From Takakia lepidozioides (taxonomy: Eukaryota; Plantae; Bryophyta), in assembly GCA_030704615.1 (NCBI GenBank), contig CM060733.1, positions 50,840,001-50,904,000 of the forward strand: a DNA stretch of 64,000 nt, written 5' to 3'. The position numbers and the translations under genes are program-made. Each line of letters starts with the position of its first letter. The first letter of the stretch is position 1. A model generated the notes under the pieces. That model made no database searches. It saw only the letters and a list, made by a program, of their open reading frames with translations, and had not been told where the DNA came from. This document shows, piece after piece, positions 1-12,387 of this stretch.

Positions 1-828
1 CACTGTCACAATTGCATCTGCCCTACATCTCTGGAAGCCTGGGTGGAAAGAATCTCTAAGACAATATGCAACCTTTCTTCTCTGGCCATTCTAACCAGAC
101 CACCTTTCAGCAGGGAAACTATGGTGGGAGCTTCATGGCTTTACGCCTCTAGATACTGTGTGAATAAAACTCTTGTTGATGCTCAGGAGGCCTGGAAACC
201 TGAGTCTGTTATTTACCGTTGTGGACACCAGGTCCATGACAATCCACCTGTCATTCATGCTCCAGCAGCTGCACTGGAATATTACTTGTAGCTTCATGGC
301 TCCCCAGAACAAATTTCAAGCCAAAGAGTTTTGTTGCAATAAGCTCACAGCTGATCAGACATAGGAGCTCTATCCACCAAAAGGGTGGTACTCTTCAACT
401 CCTAATGACAAAGAAAACCCTTCACAAGTAGATGAAACCATTAGAAGACAACTCCGGCTGTTACCTTCTGCAAAACTATTGCTCCATGCTGAGCTCTTCT
501 CATATTAAATCTGTCAGCCCCTACACCATTCTCACTAGCATGTACTCCAGTGTCCGCTCTTGGGAGTTAAGAGTGCCCTCTTCTCCAACGGGGCTCATGA
601 TACTCGTAAGCAGCACTTCTTTTCTGTTCAGATGCATCCACACTGAGCCCAGTTCAGCAACTCATGCACTTACCCCCTTGGCTTTCGAGTCATTGGGGTA
701 CTTTCCTGGTGAATCACCAAAGAACACCTTCCTAGTGTCGATCCTCAGTCCTGTCTCTAGTATCATCTTTATCTGTGTTCAAAGAACTAGGAACACATAG
801 GAAGATTTGTGCAGGAATGAATGGCATG

Positions 829-3570
829 CTATCTGAACAAAGGCGGCAAGACTGCATGTGCATCAATGTCCAGCTGCTCCAAAGTCCTGCAAAATACGCA
901 TCCCACAGTAGACATGAACTCACTTGTTGCCAATTTACAAGCTACAGCACTCAAAGCGACAGTAACATCAATTTCAACAGAAGACCTGTAAAGATGTAGA
1001 ATGCTTTTGCAGGTTGCCCACAATTGCAAACATAGAGCAGACATCAGCTGCAATTTCAATCAATTTGTGTAGTGCAAACCTGATAATAAGGGGCAACACC
1101 AATGCTATTCATCAAAGCGATCTAAACAAACAAACCAGGGTGAGCTAAAGAGAGAGAGATAGGAAATACTGGCACAAGTTGCAGCCATGCTCCACATTAC
1201 TGGGCACAAACCACAGGCGCCGCATCGCTGATGTCTCTAGCTGTACAAAGAAGCCATTACTGTTCCCGGCTCTCCATTTTCTGGTCCCTTGACCTTTCCA
1301 CACCTGCCCATATTGACTTTCACATTTGAGGTACAACAAAACAACCCTGAGGTTGAGGATAGTTAAGACATGTGAGGGCTTAAAGAGAGGGACCTGCCAC
1401 ACATGCACATGCCAAAACAAACCTTGTCCACTCATTAAACCCCTAGCAGGACATGCATCATACCTGTGGAAACGAGATGCTTTTCTTGGAAACAACTAGG
1501 ACAGCAGCTGTAGCTGATGAGTCAACAGCATACTGGCGCAGGAAGGCAACACAACTGGATAATGTATCAGGTGATTCAAAGCCCTGCAGCAATAGCTACC
1601 ATCCTCAATTAGAATAGCCCTACAGAACCAACACGCAGAAGAGTGCCTTCTCACACATGGAATATGCCTCCAACGACAAATATGAGAGTTTAGGAAAAAG
1701 TTGCATGATCAGGCTTTCTGACAAACAAAACACCAAATGACAACACTAACTACCCCAAAATTGGCAAACTTGGGTCTATTTGTGTAGACTGCATCAAATG
1801 TCAAGAGATAAAAGAGAAGAATGTGTCACCTTGTCCACGGTAACAAGTGGGGAAAATTCTTTGGATGAAGCATCTTTTGCGAAGCACATGTGAACTCTAG
1901 CCTGCAGCTTCCCATTACTATCATTCCACTCCTTCATTGCAGATTCAATCACAACCTCAAGAAATTTCTGCACATCACCGGTGCCTTGAGGAAGTGCTCC
2001 AAGCACCTGCATAAAGCGACAGGAGGCACCTGCTTGTGGCTTAGAAGACAGACATGGTTCCAACCATATAGTTTGTACTTTGAGGACACGTTTGAAGTTG
2101 AAGGTCTACATTGACTTCCAGCTTCAGCATTCCTTGCAGAGGCAGGAAATTGACTTCTGGGAAGAGAACATGTAGTAACAAACCTCAAGCTTATTCCCAT
2201 AAACTGCAACTAGAATATATGATGAGGGAATAATGGGCTTCCTACTTGAGAAATAAGAGAAGAATTATTCACCACGTCCAGCCGCAATTGCTGAGGTTCG
2301 GTGCCAGATTTTGAGCCAATTACTTTCGCCTGCTGTGTGTCCTGCCCAGACTTTTTGTCTCTCACCAGTTGCACCAGCCTCTTCACTTTTGTCCCCACTT
2401 CAGCACTCTGAGGATTCTGATTCAAAGCTTCGCGGTAAGCTGCCAGGGACTGCATCCAGTTGCTCCACCTTTATCAGCGCCTATAGTTCTTTTTTCATCA
2501 AGACCCTTATATATGTCTGATATGGTAAATCCCTGTCCCTAACCTGCTTAATATTGTTGGATACTATTTGGGCCAGCCAGGCATTAATGTCCTCGTACAG
2601 ATGTGAGGTAGGCCAACCCCAAAGCATGCCATCCCGGTATCATTCTCACCTTGCAGACAGAAACATCTGCTTGTCATAAATGAAACTTCTCTGTCAGCAA
2701 AGAGTCAGGTATAGGCAATACCTCCTCGTAACGTTCCATGGCTTCCAATGCACATCCTTTCCTGAAATAGCCCTAGCCCGTACACCCATTCCCCCTCCTC
2801 TTGTTATTTCAGATACAATAACCATTTCACAATGAATCTTCAAAAAGAGTAGAGAGACAGGAGAGTAGGGCTCAATAGGTTGTTGAGAAACATCCATAAG
2901 CAAACCAAGAACGGGATTAGAAAAGGAACTCGGGGCAGCACCTTCTCCCAAGTAGGGTTGAGCTTTATAGTCATCTCCGCATCGGAAAGAGCTTTCGTAA
3001 CTTTAACCAAGTTTAAGAAAGCTGCGGACCGGTTACTGTCAAAAAGACCACGTACAACTACAATTCAGTTTCCTCAGTAACTGTGAAAACATAGCCCCTC
3101 TTGCGCAAAGAATTGCCGAATAGACTCGTACTTCATTGTGAGCCCTTCTAGAGCTCGATTTTCTAGAATCAGAGATGGCAGAGAGCCCATCAAAACCCCA
3201 GTTTTGCACCAGCAATGCACCTCTAGCAGAATACCCATCCCGAGATAAGAGATACACTAACACCAACTCCACCTGCCAACAAAGCACAAATGTGTAGCAA
3301 TCAAAGGAGGCAGCCCTTAATCAGAAACTTACGTAAGACTAGGGAAAACCTGCAAGAAAGCGTGCAAAGTAGCACCAATCACAGGTGCTCCGATAATCTA
3401 CTAGACCACGACATCGCACAGCCAATTTGAACGATTTCCAACCTGTAAAGTGCGGCACTGTCAGGATCAGCTTTAATGGCTTGAGTGTACACAGCGGCAG
3501 CCTTGAGGTAGTTGCCGCTCTTGAACAGCGCATTTCCTTCTTCTTTCAGCGAACGGCCCCTTTCCTCCAT
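829..3570 (-). CDS. Spliced TPR-repeat protein gene, At1g04190/TPR3-like
   Basis: Exons with GT-AG ends give SLKEEGNALFKSGNYLKAAAVYTQAIKADP (from 3570), SNRSAAFLNLVKVTKALSDAEMTIKLNPTWEK (~2940-3040), GYFRKGCALEAMERYEE (~2722-2772), GFESPDTL...SFPQ (~1465-1585), VWKGQGTRKW...GFFVQ...LWF (~1170-1300), LDIDAHAVLPPLFR* (stop 829). Confidence 0.85.
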
Positions 3571-3874
3571 CGTGGCCTCTACTTCCTCCTCTCACTGCTG
3601 CTGCTGCAGTGATCTAAACCCCTAAATCCTATGCAGCTACACAACAGCCACACACACACGGAGAGAAAAATAATAATCTCGCAGAGCCATTAACTTGCAA
3701 AGACAAACATCCGATCCAGTGTGGGGCACTTGACAGATGTGTGGAGAGTAATCTGTAGCAGGAGGAGTCTTCCGATGAGCAGACGACGAAGCACGAAAGC
3801 CGAGCAAGAAGGAGGGAGACCGGCAGTTTACACTGCCGAGCTCAGTGTCTAGGGTTATGTGTAGTGGTTCCCTG

Positions 3875-4885
3875 TTTTTTTTGTTTTTTTTTTTAGAGAA
3901 CAGGGAACTGAGGCCCTGGAGAATTTATTCCAAAAAAGCGGATTACAAAGAAAGTGAGGAAAAAATAACCTCGCTAGGGAAACCATGAGGAAGATAAAGG
4001 AGCTTTGCCCCGTAACCAAAACTAAGAAGCCTGCAGAGGCTAAGGATAAGAGCACTGCAGGTGGGGGAAAGATGTGCCTTGGACTTGCCTTTCCGAAGGG
4101 AACGCTTGTGGCGCCAATTGACGTCAAAGTCTTCTGGGCACTACGTGAACTGCCAACACGACGGGAGTTGGTTGTTCCAGACAACCGATGAGTCGGAAAC
4201 TCTTGTGCACATAATGCCTCCTTTTCCCCATGACTTATCAAAGTCAGCGAATAGTTGCAACCTCTTGTTCTTAGAGCTTCTGGCAGCAGCTGCACACAAA
4301 ACGCTCCACGATTTTCTCGCTTCAGTCTTAAGGTCGTGGTGAATTCGATACAATACCATCTTAGCATATGGTACCTTAGCCTCATAAACACAGGAACACT
4401 TTTATTTCCAGATATTCCACAAGGTGTGGGCTCGCAGTGCTATCCAGAGAGGGCATGCACTCCAGTAAGCACCATTGTGCATGTTCAAGAGCAAAACGGA
4501 AATCTGGGAAGAGAAGTCCAATGACCAATCAGCATAAAATCTCTTAACAGCAGCCCAAACTAGTGAGGCCAGAGTGCATTGGACCAGGCAATGCTCAATG
4601 GTCTCTGGACCATTTGAGTTACAGATGGAGCAGGGAGCTGGGGATCCGAAATGTGAGCGAAAACTAGCAAGATACGATTGACAATCTTCCATAGAAATCC
4701 ACATATTTTTGCAGCCCTTTGTTTCCTCCAAATATCCTTCCAAACCAAGTGCCAATTCACTGAGGGTAGTGGAAGATGCTCCCACTTACTATTCCATTTG
4801 TGAGAGAAGAGAGCCGGGGGTCTCAGCATATTGTAACCAAGCTTGACCGAATAGCTAAAGAAGGGTTTGTGAGGGGTTGACATCC
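3875..4885 (-). mobile_element. 3' end of an L1-type LINE (C-terminal zinc-binding region, 3'UTR, poly(A))
   Basis: Frameshifted YSVKLGY...W...WKIVNRIL plus CSICNSNGPETIEHCLVQC...LWNIWK; T-rich tract at 3875-3894 is the poly(A) tail. Confidence 0.8.
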
Positions 4886-5059
4886 AAGTGTTCCCCTTTC
4901 AAAGAAAAGAACAAACTTAGAAATATCTTCAGGAATGTCACACTCCCTTTTCTCTCAAAAAAGAAAGGAAAAAAAAAGTCAAATAGGGTTTTAACATGGA
5001 CTTTTTTTTTGGGTAGGTTTTTCCCATAGAAGACTCCTAAGCAGTTAATCCAGATTCTT

Positions 5060-8000
5060 GCATTATTGCTGTCAAGTTTTATTTCTAAACATGGGGAGCT
5101 CCGCAACTTGCGCTCTCTGTGGCTTGGACTTAGCCGTTTCAAGCTTCCCTCAGAGCTCCCTTCTCTCGTTCTTCCTCCTCAGGCGCCCCCTCCTTCGTTC
5201 ATTCACAAGGAACTATCTCTTCTCTATGCTCGCCGATTCTCCTTCCCTCAGTTTCTTACATCAACATGAATTCTTAACAGCCCTGGTCGGCTCCTCGGAC
5301 TTGATGTCTTGACAGCTCAGTGAGCGATGTTATTTCTCTGGGAAAGCCCCACCTTTTCCCGGCGCTCTTCATTCCCCACGCTCCGCCTTAATTCCAATCG
5401 GGCTCCCGCGCAGCTCCTCACCAAGCCCTAACAGTGGCTTCCCGCCCATCTTCCTCTTCTCCTCTTCTCCAGTTTCACTTCGTCGTTTGCTAAAGTGCCC
5501 TTCTTTTGGTCTTCTTATTTTCAAGTGCATCCCCTGGTCTGTCGAGGCTTCCCTTGTTAATCTCCCCAGCTTTCGCTCTCGTTGCCATGGCGTATGTCCC
5601 TGCTGCTTTCGGTGCCAACAATCACAGGGGGGAAGCTTGCAGGCACCCTAGAGCTAGAAACAACTCTCATGGCAGAAGGCCCTCCTCCACTGGTCCTGGA
5701 GTGCTGGCCCCAGGCGACCAGCCTCCCCGATCAGTTCTTCCTTTTGTTGGAGCGAAGAAGTGGCCCCTGTGGAAGAGGCTCAGCCCATTCTCCAACTCAA
5801 CATGGAGATTATCAAGGAACATTCCCAGCTGTTTGCGCAAGGTGTCCTCTTATACTTCCCCGGCAGGGTCCGCAACAGATTGTTCGCCAGGAACTGGGCC
5901 ACGGAGCATTTTGGCCCTGAAGCGGGTCTAACTAATCATTTATGTATGGCGTTGGGGAGAAACTTCTACTCGTTCATGTTCAGCTCTCCCGAGTTTGCTG
6001 TCAGGGCACTTGCCTTCAACGTTTGCCTCTCCAAGTGTCGTGTGCACATCTTCCCTTGGTCAGCCGACTGGGGACATAGAGGTGGTATCACATGCAGACC
6101 TAGAGTCTTGGCACTCCCTTACCTCCCTGGAAACTACCTCAGATCTGTGCCTGAGATAGGAGCTCATTTTGGGGTGTATATTGGCTCAATGAATGTTATT
6201 GATCAGATTCATCTTGACGCTCAAAGTATTGACAATGAAGTGTTATCCTTTGATGCTCAGAGAGACGGAGGAGCTCCCCAAATTGTGGTCATGATGCCAG
6301 TGGAGGCCTCCATCATCCCCACACTCAAGTTGCCGACATTGGACAACTCCTTCGTCACAGTGGCAGTCAAAGAGGTCTATATTCCGGTGATTTGCTTTCA
6401 TTGCAATGCAGAGGGGCACACCAAGGTGGATTGCCCCAAGCTTCATGGCAGACAGATGGCTCCCAAGCCCTCAGATGATGCACAATTGGCTTCCCAGGAT
6501 GCTATGGCAGGGCCTTCCAAGAAAAGATTGGATGTCACGCCACCTCTGCCTCCTCTGTCCTAAAGATCGAGGCCTGATATCGTGGCTTCTCCGGCTGCAA
6601 TCAGCCCTCGTGTTTACCTGCTCTCTTCTCCGTCCCAGGGAACTCCTTATGCAGTGGAAGATATTCTGGCTGTCTATCCGCTCAACCCCAAGGACTAGAC
6701 TCAGAGCTTGGCAACGTATTGCCTTCATTTGAAGTCTTTTGCAGATGTGCATCTGCCTGATGCTTCTCAGCTGGCGGGGGCTCATTCGGTGGCAATCACT
6801 ATAAGCCCCCACCATCTATGGCTTCCCAGACGGGATCCCATCGGTGCTCTTCTCGGGAGGCAACAAGTTCACCTCTGCCTAGATCACCAAGAAGGACGTT
6901 TTCACCCTTTCTCAAGGAAAAGAGCTGGAGCTCATTCTTGCCAAAATAAGGGAGATTTTCTCGTCTTCTCTTCCCACTTTTTAGTTGTCTTCGGAAACTG
7001 CTGTGTTTTTTGGCTCCAGAGTGCATCAATCTGCCTCTAACAACAATCTATTCTTCGTTCAAGTTTTGCCAGTCGTCAAGCTATCTGACGTTTCTTCCCT
7101 ACAGGCTGGCGACTCAACGCTAAGGTGGATTTCTGGTAGTTCGGTCCCAGTCGAATTGGGAAGCGCGGCCAGCCGCCCCTACTTATCTGCTACTTACAAA
7201 GCTGGGAAGCTCTTGGTAGAGGCCTTGCGCTCCTCACAGAAATATTCGGGCAACTTGGATAACAATGTTGGATCCAACGATTTGGCCATAGTCCCGATCC
7301 CCGATTCGGACAATTCTTCATTCTGTTTGGCACCCCTGGATATGGCCATCCCTTCCCCCCCAGCGGTGAGCTCATTCCCTCCCCTCTTGCTCATCCTCCT
7401 TTTCATTTATTGTAAAGATTCCCCCTCCTCTGCTTGCGTTCTGGTTGCTGATACGGTTATTCGGTCAGTTTCCTTGCCAGCCTTGAGATGCTCGGATAGT
7501 GCGACCTCGCATGAAGGATTGTTTTTTATATCAAAATTTCTGAAGGTCTCCATGCATTCTCTGCTATCTAGCTCAGTCCTTAAGAGAATTGTCCGGCCTT
7601 GCTCCATCTCCGATTCCTTGTGCCCTAACAGTATTACAATCTGGTTTGTGGTATCCTTGAAAGTCTCGGCTCCATCGGGTTACAAAATGGGTGCCTTCTC
7701 TTCTTCCTACCGACCCCCGACTGACGTTCGAGGTTACTCCCCTACAGCCATCAAATCGTGAATCAGTCACGGGCTTCGCAGTTCAGCCTACATGAGTTGG
7801 AATCTATACTCTTGGAACATTAGAAGAATCGGCTCCGAGGGGTCTGTGCCCAAACAAAGTAGAATCCGGAATTGGGCCTCCTCTCTTTTACCTCTTAATA
7901 GCATTTTGTTCCTGCAAGAGCATAAGCTTTCCGCAAGGAAAATTGTTTCCTTAGGACAGTCAATCTGGCCCTCACTTTAGTAGACTCTAGAGGTGGTACT

Positions 8001-8680
8001 GCCATCTTGCCTTCGTTGGGTAATTGCTTTTCAAAAGTTGACATTTGGATGCCAGGTAGGGCTCAATGTGCTTTCACTGTTAGCTCCTTTGTTTTTGGGG
8101 CTTCAGCTTTCATAAACATTTATGCTCCTAACTCCACTTCTGAGTGAATAGATTTCTGGGCCTCAATTCATGAATCAATTCTAAAGCACCCGAAGGTAGA
8201 TAATTGGATCCTAGGAGGTGATTTTAATATGGTAGAATGTCTCTCTGACAGGCTGGGGCCATCATCTCAGTCCTTATCTACTGAAGAACAACCAGCCTGG
8301 GATCGTCTTTGCTTTTCAGTTTGCCTCTCCAATTCCTTCCATTTTGTGTGTTCTTATCTTAGATTCACTTGGTCAAATAATAGACGCCCTCCACATTTAT
8401 GCATGGCCAGGCTGGACAGGTTTTATTCTTCTCCCACAGCCTCCTCTTGGATCTCTCCGTCCCCTCCCCTCTCTTACCTGACGTCGATAATGTGTGGTCT
8501 CAGTTCAGTTACCTGACTTCGATCTGGGGCTGTCAGTTCAGTTAAGTTCAGTTAGTGTGCCTGGGCTCCACCGCAGGGGTAGAGGTTTCTTCAAGCTAAA
8601 CCCTTCTCTTTTTAAATCCATTCCTATGGTGCAGGACCTAGGAAAGGTATGGCAAGAGGCAGATAATGAGGCCATAATCT
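5060..8680 (+). mobile_element. 5' half of an L1-type LINE: ORF1 with zinc knuckle and decayed APE endonuclease; boundaries approximate
   Basis: ORF 5760-6563 with CFHCNAEGHTKVDC; endonuclease motifs SWNIR, FLQEHK, INIYAPN, WILGGDFN, FTWSN, RLDRFY, FFKLN from 7792, broken by stops and frameshifts. Confidence 0.8.
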
Positions 8681-8684
8681 TGAC

Positions 8685-10594
8685 TCAGACTCTAAGTGGC
8701 GGCAGCCTTTATCCAGTAGGCCCACATGGCTTCCTTCAATCAGATTCCTTTCTAAGCTCGCTGCTACCAGAACCAGAGCTCGATACTTGTCTAGACAAAT
8801 GGCGGATGATAGGGCTAGAAAGGAGAAGGTCCTTCTGAAAACAATTGCCCACTGTCAATGGGCTAACCTGGTGGGCCCTGTCACTTTCCAGTCGCTATTC
8901 CAGGCCAGGCGTGCATTGTGAAAATCCTGGGAACCCACTTTGTGAGAAGGGAGGTAATCTGAGCAAGATGGTCTATGATACCAAGTCCTCCCAGCTTTTT
9001 TTTCTGGGTGATTTGAGCCCAGTTAACCAGAGCTCTGCGATTTGGAGAGAGGGCTGTTCCACCCCAGAGGAAGTTTCTAACCAAGACTTTAGTTTGGTTG
9101 ATAAATTCGGAGCCTGGAAACCAGACTGCTGCGGAGTACCACGAGGATGCGAGAATCACTTGGTTAGCCACTAAGGCTCGCCCTGTAATTGAGAGTCCAA
9201 GAGAACTCCAATAGGTAAAATGCTTCATGATGATCTTCATAACTGCTTCACAACGTTGAGAGTCTGTCAAATCGTGACCAATGAGGTGCCCGAACAGCTT
9301 GTGGGCTTGCCCATTCTGAAGCCAACGCAAGCCAAGATCATGGCCCCAAGCATCTGCATGGTTGTTTATCGAGTCTGCACGTTGTTTTGAGAGGATCCCT
9401 ACTGACTTAGGCCAATTAACCCTAAGATCCGACGCCATACAAAAAAGATGAAGAGCCTGCAACGCGGCCGTAATATTCGATGTCATAGCGTTGTTCAACA
9501 ACATGACAGTATCATTTGCGTATAGTGAAGTTTTGATCGATGCAAGAGCAGGCAGCGAACGGGGGATCTGAAGGCCATGTATGTGCGAACTTGAGTCAAG
9601 AAGATGTCCAAGACAATCTGCCGCAAACAAGAAAAGAAAGGGGGCCAACGGGCAACCTTGCCGAACAGAACGATGTAATTGAAAGGCGGAGGAGATGACA
9701 CCATTCACCACGACTTTACTGGAAGCTGAAGAGAGCAGGATCTTGACCCATTGAAGAAAGCTCCCTGAAAATCCTAGCTTTTGCATAGCACCCAAGAGGA
9801 AGTCCCAATCCACATTGTCGAACGTTTTTTCGAAGTCCAACATAAGCAGGGCCAAAGGTTGATCCGATTCACAAGCAAGATGTAAGGCTTCAAGGGCCAA
9901 GAGGATATTATCTAGGATCATCCTGTTGCTAATGAAACCAGTTTGATCAGGTCGCACTAGCTTATGAAAGAAGGGCTGTAATCTCCGCGCAAGAGCCTTA
10001 GCAATAATTTTATAGGTTGAATTGAGCAAGGTGATGGGTCTATAATCGGAAATAATATCTCTATCGCCCTTCTTGAAAATCAAGGGAATGACTCCTTGAG
10101 AAAGTTGGGAAGGCATAATGCCCTTATGAATGATGTCGTTTGCCATGAGGAGAAAATCATCTCCCAAATTGCTCCAAAGGGCTTTGAAAAACACCACGGG
10201 AAGTCCATCAAGGCCCGACAATTTTAGAGAGGGCAGGGCTTCCATGGCATCACGCAATTCAGCTACCGAGAATGGAGCTGATAGAGATAAGGAATCTTCT
10301 TGGGATAAAATTTTGGGAACACAGTCCAGGACTCTATGTCTCGAGTCCACAGTGTCCATAGAAATTGTGGGGCGAGCAAAAAGATTGGAGAAATAGGATG
10401 CAGCCACCGAAGCCATTGCCTTGGGGCTAGAGTGAGATGTGTTCATACGATCTCTGAGAGAGCATATGGAAACAGCCGACTGACGCTGTTTAGCCTTCTG
10501 AAAAAAATACGCCGACATTTTTTCACCCTTCAAAGACTAGGACACCCCCGCTTTCTTTTTCATGTTGAGCTCTTTTAAGGCGCGGAGCTCAGCT
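8685..10594 (-). mobile_element. L1-type LINE ORF2 reverse transcriptase segment
   Basis: ORF 8881-10533: DYRPITLLNSTYKIIAK, DQTGF, LDFEKTFDNV, SVRQGCPLAP, LYANDT (YADD mutated to YAND), GGLG. Confidence 0.9.
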
Positions 10595-10679
10595 TGTCGT
10601 GCGCATACATATCGCTATACAACTGCATCGCTATCCAAAACCACACAATACATATGCACGCCACACACTAGTATACCAC

Positions 10680-11528
10680 AGAATCATTGCTGCTCTGGCT
10701 GCAAAAGAGCCTGAGAAATCTGCTACTCCAAAACGGAAGGGGAAGATTGCCAAGGATCCGAAGGGGAAGGGGAAGAGTGCAGCTCCGCAGGAACAGGGCC
10801 CGTCAGAGGTCGCTGAAAGACAACCTTCTCCAACTAGGAGGGATAGGAGAACATCAAAGTCGAGGGAGTAGCCTTTCGATGCGAGAGAACATCCATCCAG
10901 GGTTTTGGGCCAGTTCCATCGTAAGGTGGTGAATGAAAGTTTTCTGGCAATGATGGAATCCAAGAAGTCGAAATCATGGGACATGCTTGTTTCGTTTCTC
11001 ACTCAGGTAAGCACATATGTCTTAACTGTTGTGTGAATAATTTTGTTTTGGCAGCTTGTTCTGGCTTGTCGATGGGATTGATTTCCTGTTGGATCTAGAT
11101 TGGGCTTCTAACACTGTCTCCTGTTTTTGGCTGTAGGTCACAAAAAGGCCGGATTGGGTGAATGGAGTTCAGCAGGCATACGCGACTGACCTTGTGGTTC
11201 TGGACATTCTTGACGGTTTCTCTGTCCCTGATGTGTTGCCTTCCAATTCAACCCCCACTTGGAACAAATCGGATTCTCGTTATTGGTAGTGGGCCTTCTC
11301 ATTCAGCAACAAATTTCTTTCTGACTCGGGGGCTCTTCTTCTCATGCAGTCAAAGGACATGTCGGCACGGAGAACTCTTTTCAGCTACATAAAAGCTTCC
11401 GGGTTTCGTGTCATCAAAACTTGGACATGCATCAACACTCTGCCTCTTACGAAGGGCGAGTTCCCGGGGCAGAAAGTGAATTGGTTCCTTTGAATTAAGG
11501 TTTAGTGGTTCTGATGTAAATGTCAAAA
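10680..11528 (+). pseudogene. Inserted two-exon gene fragment interrupting repeat B2; second exon resembles a degenerate amino (N6A/N4C) methyltransferase fold
   Basis: GT-AG intron 11007-11136 joins ...DMLVSFLTQ in frame to VTKRPDW...TDLVVLDILDG...WNK...FLSDSGALLLM...YIKASGFRVIKTWTCINTLPL; two in-frame TAG stops; the fold assignment is weak. Confidence 0.5.
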
Positions 11529-12387
11529 TAGTCCAGCCATTAGTCCAACCACTAGGCTACAACTAGTCAGTCACTAGGCTGCCACTATGCTGCCCACTAT
11601 GGCAGTCACTAGTCCACACAACGATAAAGAAGAAGAATACAAGCACAAGCTCATGCGAGCTCACAAAGCTGAAGCATAAACTCATGCATATATAAACTCA
11701 TCACTCAAATACAAGTCAAGCCAAGTGCACCCCACGCCATGGGGAATCCACACTACGGCGCCATAGCTAGGCGCGGTGAGGCTCAACTCGAGAAAGATGA
11801 GCCTCTCGCGCTTGCCGTGAAGATAACCACTCCAGGGCCTAAATCTGCCTTGACCCCTGGATTGACACTTGGGCCAATCCCAAATGTCAATATGTAAAAG
11901 TTAGCTATTTCCCAGCTAGTTTCACACTAGTGGTAAAAATAACTTGACAGCTGTCGTGCGCATACATATCGCTATACAACTACATCGCTGTCCAAAACCA
12001 CACAACACATGTGCACGCCACACACTAGTATACCACTAGTCCACCACTAGTCCAACCACTAGGCTACAACTAGTCAGTCACTAGGCTGCCACTATGCTGC
12101 CCACTATGGCAGTCACTAGTCCACACAATCGCCCCCCTAGCTGGTGCTTAGGTCCCTCCAAGTCTAGGTAGCCACAAGATGTGATAGTGACCATAGCCTC
12201 ACTAAATCCTCTACCACTGTCCTTACTACACTCAAACTCGATAGATCAAGAGGCCGGGTGCAAGAGTTGCCCCATCGTTAGTCGCCGTCTTGCAACCTGT
12301 GAACTTGAGCCTGGGATCTCGTGTATTGACTCCTATGAGCTTGGCCTCCGATGTCTTGTTAGCTGCCTCTAGTCATGTCCACTGCCA

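Noticed and set aside
1-800. Short ORFs at the window start
   Set aside because: No recognisable motifs or splice pattern; probably UTR or intergenic sequence.
6985-7761. 258-aa ORF as an independent gene
   Set aside because: Ser/Leu-rich without motifs and lies between LINE ORF1 and ORF2; probably decayed ORF1 tail or chance.
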